Below, piece by piece: positions 60,910 through 64,000 of a stretch of DNA of 64,000 nt. Where the stretch lies: contig OZ024746.1 in NCBI GenBank assembly GCA_964016885.1, positions 95,914,001 to 95,978,000 of the forward strand, in the 5' to 3' direction. Each line of letters opens with the position of its first letter. Position 1 is the first letter of the stretch. Under the pieces are notes generated by a model. It saw only the letters and a program-made list of their open reading frames with translations. It searched no databases and was not told where the DNA came from. The stretch comes from Eledone cirrhosa. Taxonomy: Eukaryota. The position numbers and the translations under genes are program-made.

Positions 60910-61530
60910 ATAGTGTCTGGCCCTCTACCGACACTGCCAATCCCCCACCCTAACATGGCGTCTGGCCCTCTACTGGTACTGCCAATCCCCCACTCTAACA
61001 TAGTGTCTGGCCCTCTACTGGTACTGCCAATCCCCCACTCTAACATAGTGTCTGGCCCTCTACTGATACTGCCAATCCCCCACTCTAACATAGTGTCTGG
61101 CCCTCTACTGGTACTGCCAATCCCCCACTCTAACATAGTGTCTGGCCCTCTACTGGTACTGCCAATCCCCCACTCTAACATAGTGTCTGGCCCTCTACTG
61201 GTACTGCCAATCCCCCACTCTAACATAGTGTCTGGCCCTCTACTGGTACTGCCAATCCCCCACTCTAACATAGTGTCTGGCCCTCTACTGGTACTGCCAA
61301 TCCCCCACTCTAACATAGTGTCTGGCCCTCTACTGGTACTGCCAATCCCCCACTCTAACATAGTGTCTGGCCCTCTACTGGTACTGCCAATCCCCCACTC
61401 TAACATAGTGTCTGGCCCTCTACTGATACTGCCAATCCCCCACTCTAACATAGTGTCTGGCCCTCTACTGGTACTGCCAATCCCCCACTCTAACATAGTG
61501 TCTGGCCCTCTACTGGTACTGCCAATCCAC
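60910..61530. repeat. 45-bp minisatellite, about 14 copies, from the SINE 5' head
   Basis: Unit ATAGTGTCTGGCCCTCTACTGGTACTGCCAATCCCCCACTCTAAC. Confidence 0.95.
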
Positions 61531-62121
61531 TGCCCTCAGATATACAATAACGAGAGCATTTTTTTAAATCAAAATAATTTCTGATTCAGACACAAGGCCA
61601 ACAATTTTTGGGAAGGGAAAGTTGATTAAATCAACTCCAGTGCATTACTGGTACTTTATTTTATCGACCCTGTAAGGATGAAAGGCAAAGCTAACCTTGA
61701 CGGTATTTAACATTAGAATGCAAAGGGCCATAACTTTATGTCATGAAGCATTTTATCTGATGCTCTACTGATTCTGCTAATCCATCGCTGAAAGTCAAAA
61801 TATTAAACATGAAAAGTGGAGAAAGAAAAATTAGATAATGATTAAAATGGAAATGTGGGGACAAAACCAGCACACTGTTGGCTATGTGGTATATCTCAAC
61901 TGCTCCTGGCAGACAAGATGGTGGATACATTTCCGTGGACAACAGCCATTGACACACTCAGCTATTCCACCTCTCAGGGGCTCCTTCATCTAGTGGGATG
62001 CACTCATCATAATTTTGCAGAGGTCTCGACAGCAATTTTTACACTGTGGAGCTGAGCTACCTGCCACCCAGCCTTTTTGGTTCCAATTCTTCTTATTTCT
62101 TATTTTTCTTTTTATATTGTA

Positions 62122-62817
62122 CTAGCAGTGGTATCCGGCGTTGCACGGGATAAGGTATTTTGGAAGGCGGGCCGCCAACAGACCTAATCGTGGAAAAACT
62201 GCATGCCTGGACAATATGTAAAGAAAATAAAGCGAATACTCTGATGGCTGGATAATCTTTAAGATTTTCCTCGAATGAAGCAGGAAAAATGCAGGTTTTC
62301 ACCTAATGCGGGCCCTAGGGGATCAAGAAAATGAATTTTTTTATGTGCATAATATGCCTTGAAATTTCGGGAAAATCGGCTAGACGTAACGCCTCCAAAA
62401 AGCCCTAAAAAGCAGAAAAAATGAAGTTTTTCACCTAATGCGGGCCCTAGGCCATAAAAAAAGTTGGATTTTCTTTGCTCACGGTATGAAGAAGAGACTG
62501 ACTAATACATCGTTACAATTTCAAGGAAATCGGTCTGACGTAACGCCTCAAAAAAACCTAAAAACCTTTTAAAAAAACGCAGTCAATCTACTGTCACAAC
62601 CACTATTTCTTTCTCTCTAACTGTTTATAAAGGTACCCAGAAAACCCCATATCTTGGGAACCCGCGTTTTGATTTACACGACGCTTGTTTTATTCCATTT
62701 GTATCCCCATTTCAGGGGCAACTTCCTTTCAAAGTATTTTCCCATTATGCGCCCTATTGGCTGTATTACATTACAGACAAGCAAGCAAGCAATCACAGAG
62801 TTTTAGTAATATAAAGA
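62122..62817 (-). mobile_element. Non-autonomous Helitron
   Basis: Same 3' hairpin and CTAG, 5' TC, and the internal cctaatgcgg(g/t)ccctag motif shared with the 56387 copy. Confidence 0.78.
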
Positions 62818-63171
62818 TAGATAGATAGAGGTATTATTTGATATTTCATATACTATTATATCATCTCTACCACCCTCTGGACCTTCTCAACACCCCATGT
62901 GGGGCACTTTGAGAACCTCTGATTTAGCACAAAGATAAATGACAAATGTAAAAATATTTGTTACAAAAAAATAGTATAAATTTCAATCTAGGGCTTATCC
63001 GGCCGCTTCGTCTTCACAACGGTCAACGCTGTGACCTCAGGTATCCTTCGACCCAATGCTGTCGAGCTCTTCTGCAAAATCAGAACATCAGCAGCCCATC
63101 TGAAAAAGGAGCCCCATGAGGTGGGGTGGCTGTTGCAGTGGGTGTCGCTAGGCAACTACTTGATAGAGGAC

Positions 63172-63595
63172 AGAGTGCATTTTATTGTGGTACCAGCACT
63201 ACCACAGAGTGAGGGCTGGGTCTATTTTATTGTGATGCCATCACTACCACAGAGTGAGGGCTGGGTGTATTTTATTGTGGTACCATCACTACCACAGAGT
63301 AAGGGCTGGGTGTATTTTATTGTGACACCAGCACTACCACAGAGTGAGGGCTGGGTCTATTTTATTGTGATGCCATCACTACCACAGAGTGAGGGCTGGG
63401 TGTATTTTATTGTGGTACCATCACTACCACAGAGTAAGGGCTGGATGTATTTTATTGTGGTACCATCACTACCACAGAGTGAGGGCTGAGTGTATTTTAT
63501 TGTGACACCATCACTACCAAAGAGTGAGGGCTGGGTATATTTTATTGTGCCACCATCACTAACACAGAGTGAGGACTGGGTGTATTTTATTGTGG
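63172..63595. repeat. 45-bp minisatellite, about 9 copies
   Basis: Unit TATTTTATTGTGGTACCATCACTACCACAGAGTGAGGGCTGGGTG. Confidence 0.92.
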
Positions 63596-64000
63596 TGCAA
63601 TCGAAAGGTTGTGAGTTCAATTCTCAGACCAGGTGATGTGTTGTTTCCTTGAGCAAGACACATTATTTCACATTCCTCCAGTTTACTCAGCTGTAGAAAT
63701 GAGATGATAGGGACCCCAGTCCCTATGATCCATTGCAAAGTGGTCGTGGAGGTGCCACGGCAAAAAAGCACCCAGCCCACACTGTAAAGTGGACATGTAG
63801 GCACCACAGAAAAAAAAGCACCCACCACTCACTGTAAATGAGGTTGGTGTTAGGAAGGGCATCTAGCTGTAGAAATCAAACCAGAATCAGTTCCCATCCC
63901 ACCCTTGCAAACAGGGAAAAGCAGATGTAAAATGATGATGATGATGATGATGATGTACCAGCACTGCCATATTTGTTTGTCTTTTTTACTAATAGTCAAT

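Noticed and set aside
58986-61584. Repetitive ORFs of 117-260 aa (also 40684-41432 and 63031-63489)
   Set aside because: These are translations of TE-derived minisatellites with unit lengths divisible by 3.

Overview
AT-rich, repeat-dense eukaryotic DNA. The SINE/LINE repertoire and the (AT)n/(CAT)n load suggest an octopus or other cephalopod (inference). Two convergent intron-containing genes were reconstructed by hand with consistent splice phases. (1) The 3' 13 exons (121-26256, +) of a MUC4/SUSD2/Mesh-type mucin-like membrane protein (AMOP-VWD with GDPH-EGF repeats-TM-cytoplasmic tail); its 5' end lies upstream of the window. (2) A complete 5-exon GPATCH3 gene (52300-44883, -, about 621 aa). 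The rest is transposon debris: RTE, CRE, Tx1/L1, R4, CR1, Vingi-like and Penelope fragments, tRNA-derived SINEs, piggyBac- and pogo-like MITEs, Helitrons and minisatellites. The long ORFs in the track are mostly tandem-repeat artefacts. The most interesting non-obvious signals are: a set of minimal type I hammerhead-ribozyme motifs in Penelope-LTR-like inverted structures (one canonical, two with a U3-A8 covariant core, several with a recurrent non-canonical CAGAWMTA core); minisatellites that repeatedly arise at the 5' junctions of retroelements; a twin-priming-type RTE inversion with a 12-bp target-site duplication; and a candidate alternative last exon of the mucin-like gene. All family calls come from motif recognition, not database searches.
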